A stretch of DNA of 64,000 nucleotides from Lama glama (GCA_028534125.1 CM052816.1:47370001-47434000); one strand, 5' to 3'; shown: positions 13,240-26,086, numbered from the stretch's first letter. Numbers and translations are program-made. Notes: generated by a model from the letters alone, not told the origin.

Positions 13240-13535
13240 TCTCTTAGGTCAAAGTCCCTGGAAAAAAGACTTGACTGAGATACGTGCTCAGGAAGTTTAT
13301 CGGGTGATGTTTTTGGAGACAAGACGTGTAAAGAAATGTAAGAGAAGCAAGACTGGGCAAAAGGAGGGATTGATAGCAATACAGCTGCAGTAAATACCTA
13401 AGCTCATTATGTGGGGAGCTCTGGAGCTGGGATGGCCATTCAGAGCTATCCCAGTTTGGCCGTAGCTTGTCCTGGTGGTGGTGAACTCTAGCAGCAATGG
13501 TCCTTCAAAGTTGTCCCGAGTTGAGGCCAGGAGAC
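13240..13535 (-). mobile_element. ERVL 5' LTR, partial (LTR33-like)
   Basis: Abuts the primer binding site. tcttaggtc...caggaagtttat...gactgggca...ggggagctctggagctgggatggcc resembles antisense LTR33. Confidence 0.75.
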
Positions 13536-13540
13536 CAAAC

Positions 13541-13637
13541 TCCCCTACTTGTGCTGTGCCTGAAAGCTTTCCCCTCTACATTTTCTGCAGGCAAATATCC
13601 ATCTCAAATCTGTTTCTATGAAACCCAGCCTAAGAAA
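13541..13637 (+). mobile_element. Second ERVL LTR 3' end (LTR33/LTR16-like) in opposite orientation
   Basis: gcaaatatccatctcaaatctgtttctatgaaacccagcctaaga resembles the LTR33/16 U5 end (gcaaatctccatctcagagtctgcttcc...aacccaacctaagaca). Confidence 0.65.
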
Positions 13638-14049
13638 ACATCCCTTTTGTAACTTGATTTTGTGAAGAAGGGAAAATCACTCCTCCAAATAATAATGCTA
13701 AAACAAAGTAGAGACAATGTTTTAATTTTCTAAGGTAGGAGTTATATTTCCAATTAAGCATACCAACACAAAAATATAATTAAGTTGATGACTGACTACA
13801 TTTTTAGTGCCTGTTATCCAATTGTAATTATCAGTTTCTTATTGATAATCAAAAAATTTCAACTCTTCTTTTTCTCTTCATATGGTCTCAGATAATAACT
13901 CAGGGAATGATCTTTCACTAAAATGAGTTTTGTCAGAAGGTGGGGCAACAGCATTGCAAAGATTTTTAGGGAAATACACCACTGTCAACTCTAAGAAACA
14001 AGATAGAAATAAAAAAGAAAAGAAAAACAGTGTTCTCAGAGACAAAATT

Positions 14050-14120
14050 GGAGTCACCTTGGCAAAGAAATTTAATGTCTCTGAGCATCACTTGTCCTTT
14101 TTATAAAACAGAGAATATTC
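14050..14120 (+). mobile_element. MIR fragment
   Basis: gtcaccttggcaaagaaatttaatgtctctgagcatcacttgtcctttttataaaacagag, a degenerate MIR core. Confidence 0.55.
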
Positions 14121-14184
14121 TGACTATAGTTTAATGTTCATTCAGCCTAGATGCCACTTAAAAGCATTTTGAAGTCACATTACG

Positions 14185-15290
14185 GACTTCTGTTGCAGGC
14201 AATGTGGCTGAGTAGATAGATGTTCATGGAACACTTTCTAGGGAAGGACATTAAAAATACTGGATAAAACATACAAAACATATTTTCAAATGCATGGGTA
14301 ATTCATGAAGGAAAGTGTTTGGAGACCAAAATGAGAAAGCACGAATCTAGAGATAGAAGAACCACAGTCTTGGGCATTTGCTGTGTGGGGATGAGTAAGG
14401 TATCTGAGTTGCCCACTGGCCCATTTGCGTTTGTTCAGGCTGCAGACATATGGGAAAGGCAATGAAGCTTGAGGCCTGCATAGGCAGCAAGACCACATCA
14501 GAGACCCAGCATGAAGTCTGTTCTTCTGGCAGAAGCCACTAGAACAAGCTCCTCTCTCAGCTTTGCCCAGGCATGACTCCAGCCCCGGTTTCCTGTGCCT
14601 GCTTGCACCAAGGGGACACATATTAGGATCTCTGAATGGTCACTACTGGAAGGCAGCTGCCTCCCACCCTTCCCCCTGAGATGTCTCCTCACCATGTACA
14701 AAAATCAGTCCCAGACAGCTGGAGGATTTCAGTGTGAAAGGCAAGACTTCAATGCTTGTAGAAGTAAACATGGAACTTCTGCATAGGAATGATTCTTAAT
14801 CAATATATCAAAATCAACAAACATGAAGAAAAAGTGATAATTTAATATGATCATATTTATCACAAGATAGCTCCCCCTCACCCACCCTGCCAAAACAGAG
14901 GAGACGTCATATCACAAACTGGGAGAAGATATTTGCAAAACATATAACCAAGAATGGATAGTGTCCAGAATCCAAAAACCTCAGACCAATAAGAAAAGAC
15001 AAATAATTTACTGGAGAAGAAGGTAAAAGACACCAATAGACATTTCACAGAAGAGGAAAAATAAACAACCAATAAACTTATGAAAAGATGTTCAACTTTA
15101 TTAGTAACCAGGGATATGTCCGCTTAAACCACAATGAGATTCATTTGACACCCATTGGTAAAATGTAAAGGTATTGTAATACAAAGATTTTCTGAAGATG
15201 GGGTAAGAGGCATAATCACTTTGGAAAACACCTTGGCATGATCTAATGAAGTTGACTTGGTATATATACTTCATATACTTCTATAACCCA
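14185..15290 (+). mobile_element. Ancient L1 (L1ME/L1M-type) fragments: possible 5' region plus ORF2 3' part
   Basis: 14910-15290 is clear L1 ORF2 3' sequence (actgggagaagatatttgcaaaacatata; aatagacatttcacagaagagg; aaaccacaatgagat). The 5' part is only weakly L1-like. Confidence 0.6.
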
Positions 15291-15314
15291 TCAGCTTTGA
15301 ATACATACTTTATA

Positions 15315-15443
15315 ATGTTTCATAAGTCCTGGTGTGCTTGAATTAGTCTGATTTACAATATTTTTCCTAGGATAATTTTTAAGAGCATCTCATGTCTCCC
15401 CCAATTTGTTTTTGGTTTGATAATAAAATTTATGGCTATTCTA
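15315..15443. mobile_element. hAT MITE remnant (MER96-like)
   Basis: Ends in ggtttgataataaaatttatggctattcta, compare the MER96 terminus ggtttggacgataaattatatggtcacccta. Confidence 0.5.
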
Positions 15444-17444
15444 TCATCACCCTTAAAATATTATGTAATGATATAGAAAATAAATATATGATTTACTTAT
15501 TGAATACCTATAATTGGGGATTGAGTTTTTGCAATTTCATATTTTTGCACTTTATACTGCCTTTTTTTTCCTTTTAAAAATCTGCAGGCATTACAAAGCA
15601 ATTAGATCCACTTTTAGACTGGGTACACATAGCCCTCCTGTGGGGCCTGCTTAAGTCAGGCTGATAGTTGAAGCCCTGACCACGGGAGGATCTGACGGGT
15701 CACGTAGGGAAGCAGCCAACCCAGCCATTCTTTCTATTTCTTATTCATCTCTTGGTGATCGTATACATCTTTTTCTGTTTTTCTCAACATTCTAAAACAA
15801 AATATTTTTCTTGAGAGACGTAAATTTTTTCCAGATTTGCTCAGAAATATTTTCAAAGAGAATTACCCCTAGAGATCACTATCTCAACCTCTAAATCATT
15901 TGAAACTTCCTGAAAAATTTCTACCAACTTTACAGAAATAATCCTGTTTTTTCATGAAACAAAGCATTCTCGAAACAAGTGAACAAAAAATTATGGTAGC
16001 CTTACTACTTTTTATTACGTCTTTACATATTTTTAAATTAGTGTGGCAATGTTGTTCCTATATCTTTCACTATGAATGCACGTTTTTTCAAACATCACTT
16101 GTATAGATTCTGCTCAAATATAACCTAGTGTTATATGAAGAAATACGCTCTGAGATAGTAAATTGGGGATTGACAATAATTCTAAATAATGTTACCCTAT
16201 AGTACTGTAGGGCAATGGCAACCACCCTGTCAATAATTCCTAACGTGTTCGGCTCATCCAAATAAGCCTCATTGAAGCATGATGGTATTTTACCTTTGGT
16301 AACCTCCTTCCATAGTTTCTTCCATCTTTCCATCCTCAAATACTTATTAAGCCTGCAATTTGCTAATTATGGAAAGATACAATATGTGCTGATGATATAA
16401 ATGCAGTGTTTCTCGGGGCTTGCTCTGCCCTACTGTAAGTTATCTGTCAGACTTTGGCTATTTGACAGCAGTAGAATTGTACGGCATACAAACTGTGTCA
16501 GGATACATGGTCCCGGCAGCTTTTTAAGCTCTTTCTAAGAGTGTTAGGCCTATTATATCTCTCTGCCCTTAGGTAGTGTGATATGAAGATCAGCTGGACT
16601 CAATCCACCTGACCAAATTGCGGAGTTACAATTCTACCTTGAAATAAAGAAAATTCTACTTGTGTAAAAATACGCTTAAATAAAAATTAACTTATTTTAT
16701 ATAAAACTCTGCAGCTTAAAAAGATGCCTAACCCAGTGGCAAAGCTGTGCCCAGGGAGGTCAGAACCGTTTCGTTCAGGAAGTCTTGGCGGCCTGTTTTA
16801 ATGGTTAAGATGTTATTGATAACTTTGCTCATGTCATAACCCAAGTTGGTTAGGATGGAGATTTTTTTTAATTTTTAAGAGATACAAAGATATCCTTTAT
16901 GTCTTCACTGGAAAGATAGTTTGTTTAGCAGCAATATTGATTAACACTTAGTTGAGAAAGTAAGTTTGTCCCAAGAGGATTTCATTGCATGAGCTTGGGA
17001 GAGATTCCCCGCCTCCCTTTTTGTATGAAGAAAGGAAAACATCATTCTCAGTGTCACTTCAGGTGTACGTTAGCCTGTTTAAAAATGACCAAGGAAAGAG
17101 GAAAACATGTTGAAGAGCACTGTGACTGTCTCGAATCACATTTCCAAGGGCATGACTCCAGTGACATGATTGCTTACCTTTCGTGTTATTAGACTACGGT
17201 GGGAAATAACCACTGAATTCTGACTGAGATGAACCATCAAAAGATTAAGTGTTTCCCATATCAAACTGTCAACTCAAGCATCTTATTTATCTGTTAGTTC
17301 TTTCTTATAGAGGCCAAATGGAGGTGAGTGCGAGAGTGACATTGGAAAAGACTTGGACTGTTTTCACCTTTCAAGACTGAGCAGTTTTGCCTTTTCTGTT
17401 TAATTATAAGACACTTTCAAGTACTTTTTTGTGTCTTTTCCCCC

Positions 17445-17885
17445 AGATTTATTGAGATACAACTGACATAGAACACTTTAGGTTTAGGGTGTACAACAGA
17501 ATGATTTGATATATGTACATATTGGGAAATTATTACTACAATGTTAATTAACCCATCCATTGCCTCATATAGTTACAATTTTTTTGGTGTGTGTGGTGAG
17601 AGCTTTCAATATCTACTCTCTGAGCAATTTTCAAATCTACAATATAGCCTTGTTAACTATATTCACCATGCTGTACGTTACACCCCCAGGATGTATTCGT
17701 CTTGTAACTATAAGTTTGTACCCTTTGACTGTCTTTACCCATTCTCAACCCACCCCACCCTGTCCTTGGCAACCACCATGCTATTCTCTGCTCCATGAGT
17801 TTGTTTGTTTTAGATTCACATGTAAGTGAGATCATACAGTATTTGTCTTTCTCTGAAATATTTCACCGAGCATTATGCCTTCAAC
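17445..17885 (-). mobile_element. LINE-1 3' end (L1MA8/9-like)
   Basis: tttattgagatacaactgaca...gtggtgagagctttcaatatctactctctgagcaattttcaa...ttagattcacatgtaagtgagatcatacagtatttgtctttct. Confidence 0.88.
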
Positions 17886-18439
17886 TTTTGTTTCTATCAT
17901 TAATTTTTTTTCTAACAAATACATGGATACTGTGGGAATAGCATTCTGGATATTAATTTTTTTTTTCTGATTCCTTTCCCATTTAGTCAGTCTGTCATGT
18001 TGGACACTGAAGGGTGATTAAAAGGGAACATCAGGGGAAAAAAATCTGACTTGGAGGTTGGGAAAAAAATCTGACTCTCCTTGGCTTAACTGTAAGCAAT
18101 CACAATAGCAAAATGTAATTCTTAACACAATCAAGGAAAAATAATTACAAAAATGGAAAATTTCTCCTTGCCATGGGTATGGCTATCAGGAAGGGTATAT
18201 ACTGGCAGCTGAAGTGTGCAGTAGGACTGAGGTTTGGTCTTGAGGGGTTCACCTGGCTAGGTCATCTTTCTTTCTACCCAGGTGTCTTCCAGGAAAAGGA
18301 GAGAATGGCTCTCAGGCCTGATGCTCTTTCTTCACTTCCTATAATTCTTAGATTTAATCAGCATTTTAAAACTTCACCAAAAAGAAAACTTCATATTCAA
18401 ATGGCCTTACTGGCAAATCCTACCACATATTTTTTTAAA

Positions 18440-20760
18440 TGCTAATCTTAAAGTCTTCCAGAGAATAAAAAGACTAACTGCATGCATCTCAGTGGCTTTA
18501 TGAGGCCAGTGTAACGTTAACACTAAACTTGAAAAGGTCAAATATCAGACCAGTCTCATCCATGGACACATATACCAAAATCCCAAAACCATGCTAGCAA
18601 ACTAAATCTGGCAATATGTGAAAAGGGTGTTATATCATGATCAAACAGATTTTTAACCCAGAAATGCAAGTTTGGTTAAACATTTGCAAGTCAGTTGGTG
18701 TGATTTACCACATTAACAGAATAAAAGGGAAAAACAGCTACAGAAAAATAATTTCATAAAATTCAACATCTATTCATGATGAAAACTTTCAGCAAACTAG
18801 GAATTGAGGGAAACTTTGTAATCTGGTTGTGGACATCGGCAAAAAGCCTACAGGAAACATCATACTTAAAGGAAACTGTTGAAAGCTTCCCTCCTGAGCT
18901 AGGAGCAAGACAGGAAAACCTTACTTCTACACAACATTGTTCTGTAGGCAAAGAAAAATTAAAAGCTACAAGGAGTCTAAAGAAATGGAAATGTTACTCA
19001 TACACGATGTGATTCTTTACACTGAAAATACAAAGCAGTCTACAGATAAGTTATGTAACTATAAGTAAGTTTATGTAACTAATGAGTTTAGCAAGATTCC
19101 TGGGTACATGGTCAACATACAATTTTTAAAATATTTCTGTATAACAGAATAAAGTGATTATTTTCAGTAGCATTAAAAATATAACATTCCTGGACATATG
19201 TTTAATGAAAGATATAGAAGGCATCTACACATAAATATGTAAAACATTATTGATAGAAATTAAAGACATAAACCAATAGATGTATGTACTATGTTCATTG
19301 ATCGGAGGATGAAATATTGTACAGATGTCAGTTCTCCCCTAATTCATTTATAGATTTAAATCACAACCAAAATCTGAATGAGTTTTTTTTTTATTGTTAT
19401 TGTTGTTAAAGTTAACAAGCTGATTCTAAAATTTGTATGAAAATTCAAAGGGCTAAGAATATCCAATATACTCTTAAAGCAGAAGAGAAACAAGGACAAC
19501 TGTGCTACTTGATATTTGGCCTAAAAGCCAAAATAATTGGTGATAGATCAATGGAACAGAATAGAGAATTTAGAATTAGACACACATAAACATGAAGTCC
19601 TGATCTGTTAATAAAGTTACAGTGTAGAAGAGAAGTGAAAGATGGTCTTTTCAATAGATAATGTCAGATCAATTGAATATTCATATGGGGGAAGATGAAA
19701 TTGGTCCTTATCTTACAACACAGTTAAGTTCAGATAAAGGGTAGAGCTACACAGAAGTAGTAAACTCAATAAAATTTCTAGAAGGTAACATAAAAGAAGG
19801 TCTTCATGATCCTCCATGAGGAAAAATTTCTCAATAAGAGATGAAAAGCATAAACCATAAATGAAAGTATTAATAAATTGGACTACATTAAAATAAAGAA
19901 ATTATAATCATCAGAAAACACTATCGAAGAATGTGAAAATAGTATGAGAAAATATTTGCAATACATGAAGTTGACAAAGGTCTTAGTCCCAAAATACAGA
20001 AAGAATTTCTAAAAATCAGTAAGAAAAAGGCATAGACAATCCAACAGAAGAATGGAGTTTTAAAGAGGCACATCACAAAGACCATCTCCAAATGGTCAAT
20101 AAACATGAAAAGGTGCTCATCTTTATAAGTCATCAGGAAAATGTAAATTAAATCCCCTTTGAGATATCACTATATATTCAATAAAATGGCTAAAATTTAC
20201 GAAGACTTAAGCAGAGTAATTGGAACAATTTATACTTGACTGGTGGGAGTTAAAATTGATAAAACCTGCTGAAGGACATTGCTTAACATTATCTACTAAA
20301 ATTGTATGTACCCATAACTAATTACCTAATATCCAGTTCGATTTCTAAGAATATGATCAATAGATATTAGCACAAAAATACACGTTGAAGAATGTTCATG
20401 GTATCATTATTAAAAATAAACACAAGCTGGGAAAAACCAATGCTTGACAACAGTGGCAAAGATAAATTATAGATATTTATACACTCAAACACTATCCTGC
20501 AATAAACTTACACGAACTTCAGTTACATGTAATAACATGAATTGACTTCAAAAGAAGAGGACAGACACACAAAAATATGTATTGTGGGTTCCATTTATGT
20601 GAAGATTGAAAATAGGTAAACTAATGGTTTGAAGTCAGGAGAGTGGTTACCCTTGGGGAGGAGATGACATGAATGGACCTTTCTTCCTCAACCTTGGTGA
20701 TGCTTACATAGCTGTGTTCATGTTGTGATGATAGTACATGGATGGATATGTGTGTGCTCA
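18440..20760 (+). mobile_element. Ancient LINE-1 (L1ME/L1MC-type), 3' half of ORF2 plus 3'UTR, heavily decayed
   Basis: ORF 18776-19012 (MMKTFSKLGIEGNF...ESFPPELGARQ) resembles L1 RT MIKTLNKLGIEGNF...AFPLRSGTRQG. ORF2 motifs continue collinearly to an L1ME-type tail gaagtcaggagagtggttacccttgggg. Confidence 0.9.
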
Positions 20761-20779
20761 TGTTATTCATAACTAGAAC

Positions 20780-21531
20780 CAATTCTCTCCAGTGCCACTG
20801 CTAACACCTTGGTCCAAGCTACCATCATGATCATCATTTCTTGATTTTTTTTCCTTTGCTTTTACTTAGTCCCCTGTGATGTGTTCTCAACACAGTCATG
20901 TTCCCTTTAAATGCTCCCTTTAAAATTAAGTCAAGTTATACCACTCTACTGGTCAAAGTCCTGCAGTGGCTCCACGTTTCATATAGTGAAAAAGCCAGAG
21001 TCTTTATATTCATCAGTGAGAACCTTCACTACCTGGTCTGGTCCTCAGTTAGCTCTGTGTAGTCATCTCCTCCTCCAGCCTAGCCCACTCTTCTCCTTGC
21101 TGTTCCACGGTGCCCACTCTGGCCTTTCTGTAGTTCCTGGAACACATCAGTGTGCTCCATCCTTAGGGCCCTTGCAGCATTGTTTCTCTAGTTTGGCATG
21201 TTCTTCCTCCAGAGATCTGTGGGCTAACTCCCTCCCACAAGTCCTATGCAGATGCCAGGTGTTACCCTAACCATCTTATTTCAAATGTTCACCTGCCCCA
21301 CCCCTATCAGTGCTCCTCCCCTTGCCCTGCCTTCATTCTTACTTTTTATTTAATACCTATATATCTCTACTACATTATCCTTTGATTTTTCATTCTTACC
21401 ATTATTTTTCTTTTCTTGCTAGAAACAGAACAACAAATTTATTGTCTATCACTTCCTTCAGGGATCAATTCATTGATCCGTCCTCTAGCAATTAGAATAG
21501 TGTAGATGCTCAATTTGTGGAATGAATGAAG
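20780..21531 (+). mobile_element. LINE-2 (L2a-like) 3' portion
   Basis: ccactgctaacaccttggtccaagctaccatcat...cttagggcccttgca..., ending in tgctcaatttgtggaatgaatgaa. Confidence 0.8.
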
Positions 21532-21534
21532 GAG

Positions 21535-21815
21535 TGGATTTATTGAATGTCTAATATGTGAAAAGAATTCTGCTAGGCACTGGGGGTGTAATGCTAAGAA
21601 AAACCACCAATAGTCTCTGCTGTCATAGAGCATTGGCCAATATGAGAGACAGTTATCAAAGAACAGAAACAAATGCTAAGTTAACAAAGTATAATTAGAG
21701 TTCAGGGTGCTTTGAGAATGATAATTGAGGAATTTATCCTGGTCTGAGGTGGATCAGAGAAGACTTCTAGGGAAAGTGATATTTGAGCTGGGATAGAGTG
21801 AAGATGGGAAAGTGA
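21535..21815 (-). mobile_element. LINE-2 3' end, tail-to-tail with the preceding L2
   Basis: atttattgaatgtctaatatgtg...tgctaggcactgggg...tcagagaagacttctagggaaagtgatatttgagctg. Confidence 0.75.
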
Positions 21816-21829
21816 TTCTGACATAATGT

Positions 21830-22085
21830 GTTTGTGGTGGGGCCAGGTCTGGACACTTTTCATAAAACTCCCCAGGTATTTGGAATGTACAGGCAGCATG
21901 GAGAACCATTCTATGCTGGGACTTCTCCAGCCTCGACGTGTATGCAGACCTCTTGGGAACCTTGTAAAAGGTCAGAGTCTGGCTCCGAAGGTCAGGGGTG
22001 GGCCCCAAGACTGTAGTTGTATCAAGCTCCCAGGTAATGCAGACGCTGCTGTTGTGTGGACTGCACATTGAAAAGCGAGGCTACA
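21830..22085. mobile_element. Two adjacent MER5-type hAT-Charlie MITE fragments
   Basis: aaaactccccaggtatttgg...gagaaccatt, then ggtcaggggtgggccccaagactg...aagctcccaggtaatgcagacgctgctg. Confidence 0.7.
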
Positions 22086-23049
22086 CAGCACTGGCCCCTC
22101 AGTGCTTTCTCATAAGGGCAGGGTCTTCCAAATTCTCAGCTGATTGTGACTCCTCCCTATTGGCTTCAGTTACGTGGATATACATCTTGTGAATCTTAAC
22201 ATTTCAGCTCTGTGACATGAATGTTGTTCAGCCACCTCTTGAATTTGCACTATGTAGATTTTGTTTACATGTTTCATGGATGCATGTGTATATTTTTTTC
22301 CAGATGGGCTGGGCCCTCCCAAAGGGCAGGGATTGTGTCCAAGTCATCCTTGTATCTTCGGTCTAATCCACTGTGGCTGTGATAAATACTCAATTTCTAT
22401 TGAACAGTACTGACTCTATCTGGGCAAGCCCTTTTCTTTCCATAGTATATGTGTAAAGGATGATTTAAACTATCCTTTGAAATGCACCGTTCATTTTCAC
22501 CTTGTCATAAATGTAAATGGCAACATTTATATTTACTATATGCCTGGTGAATTGTATATTCATGAGAAAAAATTAAAAGTAATACATGTAAAAACACATC
22601 ATAAATTATGAAATGTTATGGAATTTCAGATATTATCATTATCAAAATAGTAATAGAAAATATTTATAATTTTAACTGAGCTTCATAGTATTTTTAAGAA
22701 CTATGGGAAGAAGTTGAGTTTTTAAACATAGGATACTACAGCAAATTTATTAAATGAGAATAGACTTATATCATGGAATGTGTGGTTAATTTTTTTTGAG
22801 TTGCACCCTAATTTTACAGGTTTGCTGCAAGACTTTTAAAAGTAGGGATTTTAATAATTAATTTTTGATTAGTTAAAAGGGTAGTGATTAGGAAAAGGGT
22901 CAAAGGTATATCAGAATGTTGATGTTTACCTTATGTGGAAGGGCTAATGCTCTCATGAGAGATCTGACCTATATTGGTGAAAGCCTCATATTCTGATTGT
23001 CTATTTAAATCAGAAATCCAATGAACTGATAGTTTAAAATTAAAACAAC

Positions 23050-23400
23050 AGAGGTAACACTTGCTGAATGCTATTCTAGGCACTTCACAAGTATTAACTC
23101 ATTTAAAAGGCAATTATTACTCTTAGCTCAGTTTTACAAGCTAGACCCTGAGGCTCAGGGAGGCTAAAATTGAAAATTATCTCCCCTTAGGAGTAGAGTA
23201 TATTTGAGATACTACATTATAATTAGAATATTTCAAAGAGGCCCTAGAATGGAGAAAAAAATCATAGCTCTGGAATCTGACAGATGCACATAAAAATTCT
23301 GGTTCTGCATTTAATTCCCTGTAAATTCTTGGGCAAATCACTTAACCTCTAAGGATCAAGTTTTCTCACCCATAAAATGGGATAAAATCTTGTATCTACT
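23050..23400. mobile_element. Two MIR fragments (- at ~23050-23170, + at ~23250-23400)
   Basis: ctaggcacttcacaagtattaactcatttaa...ctgaggctcagggaggctaa and gggcaaatcacttaacctctaag...cccataaaatgggataa. Confidence 0.7.
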
Positions 23401-23543
23401 CATTTTACTTAGGTCACTCCTACGCAGCTTGACTAGGAAGTGGGTTTCAGGACGGCTGGACTAAGAGAGAACTGCCATGATAATGGTGCCCTTCTAACAC
23501 CAACGTAATCAGATCAGGCAACAACCTTTCCTCTTCCTTTTCC

Positions 23544-23611
23544 CCTTCCTTCCTTCCTTCCTTCCTTCCTTCCTTCCTTCCTTCCTTCCTACCTACCTAC
23601 CTACCTACCTA
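23544..23611. repeat. Compound tetranucleotide microsatellite (CCTT)11(CCTA)6
   Basis: Read directly. Confidence 0.97.
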
Positions 23612-23989
23612 AGTAACTACTACTGCTTCATGCCAAGTTCTTTACATACATAGATTAAACTTTTAAAAATTTCTCCTATCTCCCCCACCCCCAGTTTTTT
23701 TTTTTTCCCCACAATGGTCAGTGAAGGAGTTATTGGTAACCCTAAATTACAGAAGAGGTAGGCAGAGGTCTGGTGTAGGTTGTCACTGCAAGTCATGCAG
23801 GAGTGCTTGGACCTCATATCTTAAGTGATAACAACAATAACAAGGTTAATTCAAGCATGGGAATGACGTGTTTGTTCATATGTTTTATTTATATTATTTG
23901 GGGGGCAGTAAGGAGAAGGGATTTAGAGATGTGTTATTAAAGTTGGGATGGCTTGTTGGAAGAAAACAATCACAACTACAGCCTGGCTC

Positions 23990-24100
23990 CTGTTTAATGT
24001 GTCAGGAACTGTGTTAAGCACTTTACGGGCATAGACTCAACTCTATGAGGAAAATAGTATTTAACCTTGTTTAACATATGATGAAACTGAAGCCCATGGA
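23990..24100 (-). mobile_element. MIR fragment
   Basis: atgtgtcaggaactgtgttaagcacttta...atgatgaaactgaagccc. Confidence 0.65.
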
Positions 24101-24261
24101 CTTCAAGCCCTAGTTAAATAACTAAACTTGCATACTTTTGAGTCGACATTCAAATTTTTCTTCATATGTTTAATAGATTAAAAAATGTAGTTTCTTGTAT
24201 ATTGTAAAATCGTTCATTTAAAATAAATGATACCCATTATAATGTGTTTAAATGCATTTAA

Positions 24262-24575
24262 ACATACATGAATATGGATGAACTTCACAAACATAATGCT
24301 GAGTAAAAGACAACAGAAGAAAAACACATACTGTATGTTTTCATTTATATGAAGTTAAAAAACAAGCACATCTTAGCTAGGATCTTGGAAGCAAGAATAG
24401 TGGTTAACTTTGTGGGTAAGGACTAGGGAGACCCAGGTATTTCTGGAGTGCTGGTAATGTTCTTATTCTTGATCTACATCTCATTTTGTGAGAATTTATT
24501 GAGCTACCCTTAAGATTTTTATACTTTTCTGAATGTATGCTGAATAGATGCTATTCTTAGATTAAAAGTAAGTAA
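24262..24575 (+). mobile_element. L1ME-type 3'UTR fragment
   Basis: atggatgaacttcacaaacataatgctgagtaaaaga...catactgtatg...ctggagtgctggtaatgttcttattcttgatct. Confidence 0.75.
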
Positions 24576-26082
24576 ATAAAAAAATTCAAGAATAATCTCT
24601 TTACTTCCATTTAAAAAATTATTTATTTTACTCTTTGAACCTTTATTTCTATTCCATTTTCCTCATAGAATTTTATCCGAAGAGAAATAAAAAATTTGGT
24701 TATTTTGTAAGCATAATGGTCTAAGTCTTAAATTTTTTTTCTTCAGGATTACGTTATCCTTAAGATTTTATATTAATGCACAATTGGTAATCTATAAGTA
24801 TATTTTACATTTTGATATAAAATTATTAAACACTAGAAGTAAATGTTATTAGAAATGCCTTTTTCTAATAGGTAGCTAGACTAGCCTTTTCTTGGGGGGT
24901 GAATACTTGGAATAAAAGATGGTTCAAAATCAATTCTGTTCCCACTGTGGATGTGAGCATGGAATGGATCAGATGCCTTGACTAGGAATGAAGGGAATTT
25001 GTTTATTTTCTCTAACAATCTCTTACAATTATTTGAATGCATTCTGAGTTGGATATCAAAAGTCACAATAATATGTCACCAAGAATTATTTTTAATAATT
25101 TGACGTGATAAGATCTCCAATTTTGCTGAGAGCAAAGAATTGTGAAAGAATTTATAAAATAACTTTTATTCAACTTCTGAATTTCTGGTAAGCATAACAA
25201 AAATGTTTCACTGAGACTCATCACATAACTGTTAATTGTGCCTGTTTCTCCTTCATTTAAAGGCACTTTTAAAAACTGATATATTCTGAAAGTGTTGGGA
25301 ACATTGGAACATTGTTAATTTCAAAATACCTTTGCCAATAAAGTAAATTTTTGGTGAACTTTAAATATTTTTTAATCAAAACTTTGGACCTATAGATTTA
25401 ACTCAGTCCAATTATGGGAGCACATCTGTCACATAACTAAATAGGCAAGGTCAGTTTTCATTATCAAACCAATTGGGTAAATTAGACCTACTGTCTCTCA
25501 CACAAATCTGACCTCATTTATCAGTTCAAATAAATGTGTTAATACACACTTCCTGACATCTCACTTCTTCATGTTTATTTAAGGATCGACGAGTCACAGA
25601 GCCTTACTAAGAGTCTGCGACCGAAATGAAGAATGTTTCCCTTACTTTCAGTATTTCTTATGCGCATACTCTATGGTTTACTATCATAGGCTCTTTGACA
25701 GTGATGCACTTCTTGGTAAATAGTTGAGTGATGGACGAGATCAAGTCCTTAAACCCATTATCACTCCCTCTGCTGCCCTGTGTAAAATATCTAAATCCAT
25801 TACAACCGTGCAGAGGCCAAAACCACCTGTTTCTATGCCACACTTGCCTCAGCAGAAATCTGTGTATAAGATAAAGAAAAAAATGAGGCCTAGCAAAGGT
25901 TGATGAAGTCTTGATTAAAGGAGGCTTTAGAACTCAAAGTTTTGAATATTTTTTGGCATCCTGGGCTTTTGGGTCTTTTTTTGGTTTTTGTTTGTTTTTT
26001 TTAAAAAATATCTCAAGGCATTGCAATACAGTAAAATTTGGAATGAGAGAGATTTTATTTGCCAGTCTACCTATTATATATA

Positions 26083-26086
<4 letters not shown>

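Noticed and set aside
15392..15577. ORF segment KILCNDIENKYMIYLLNTYNWGLS, faintly like a hAT/Charlie transposase (ILCNEMG...LLYHTEVRWLS)
   Set aside because: Too few identities in AT-rich DNA and no flanking transposase motifs. The upstream part is explained by a MER96-like end.
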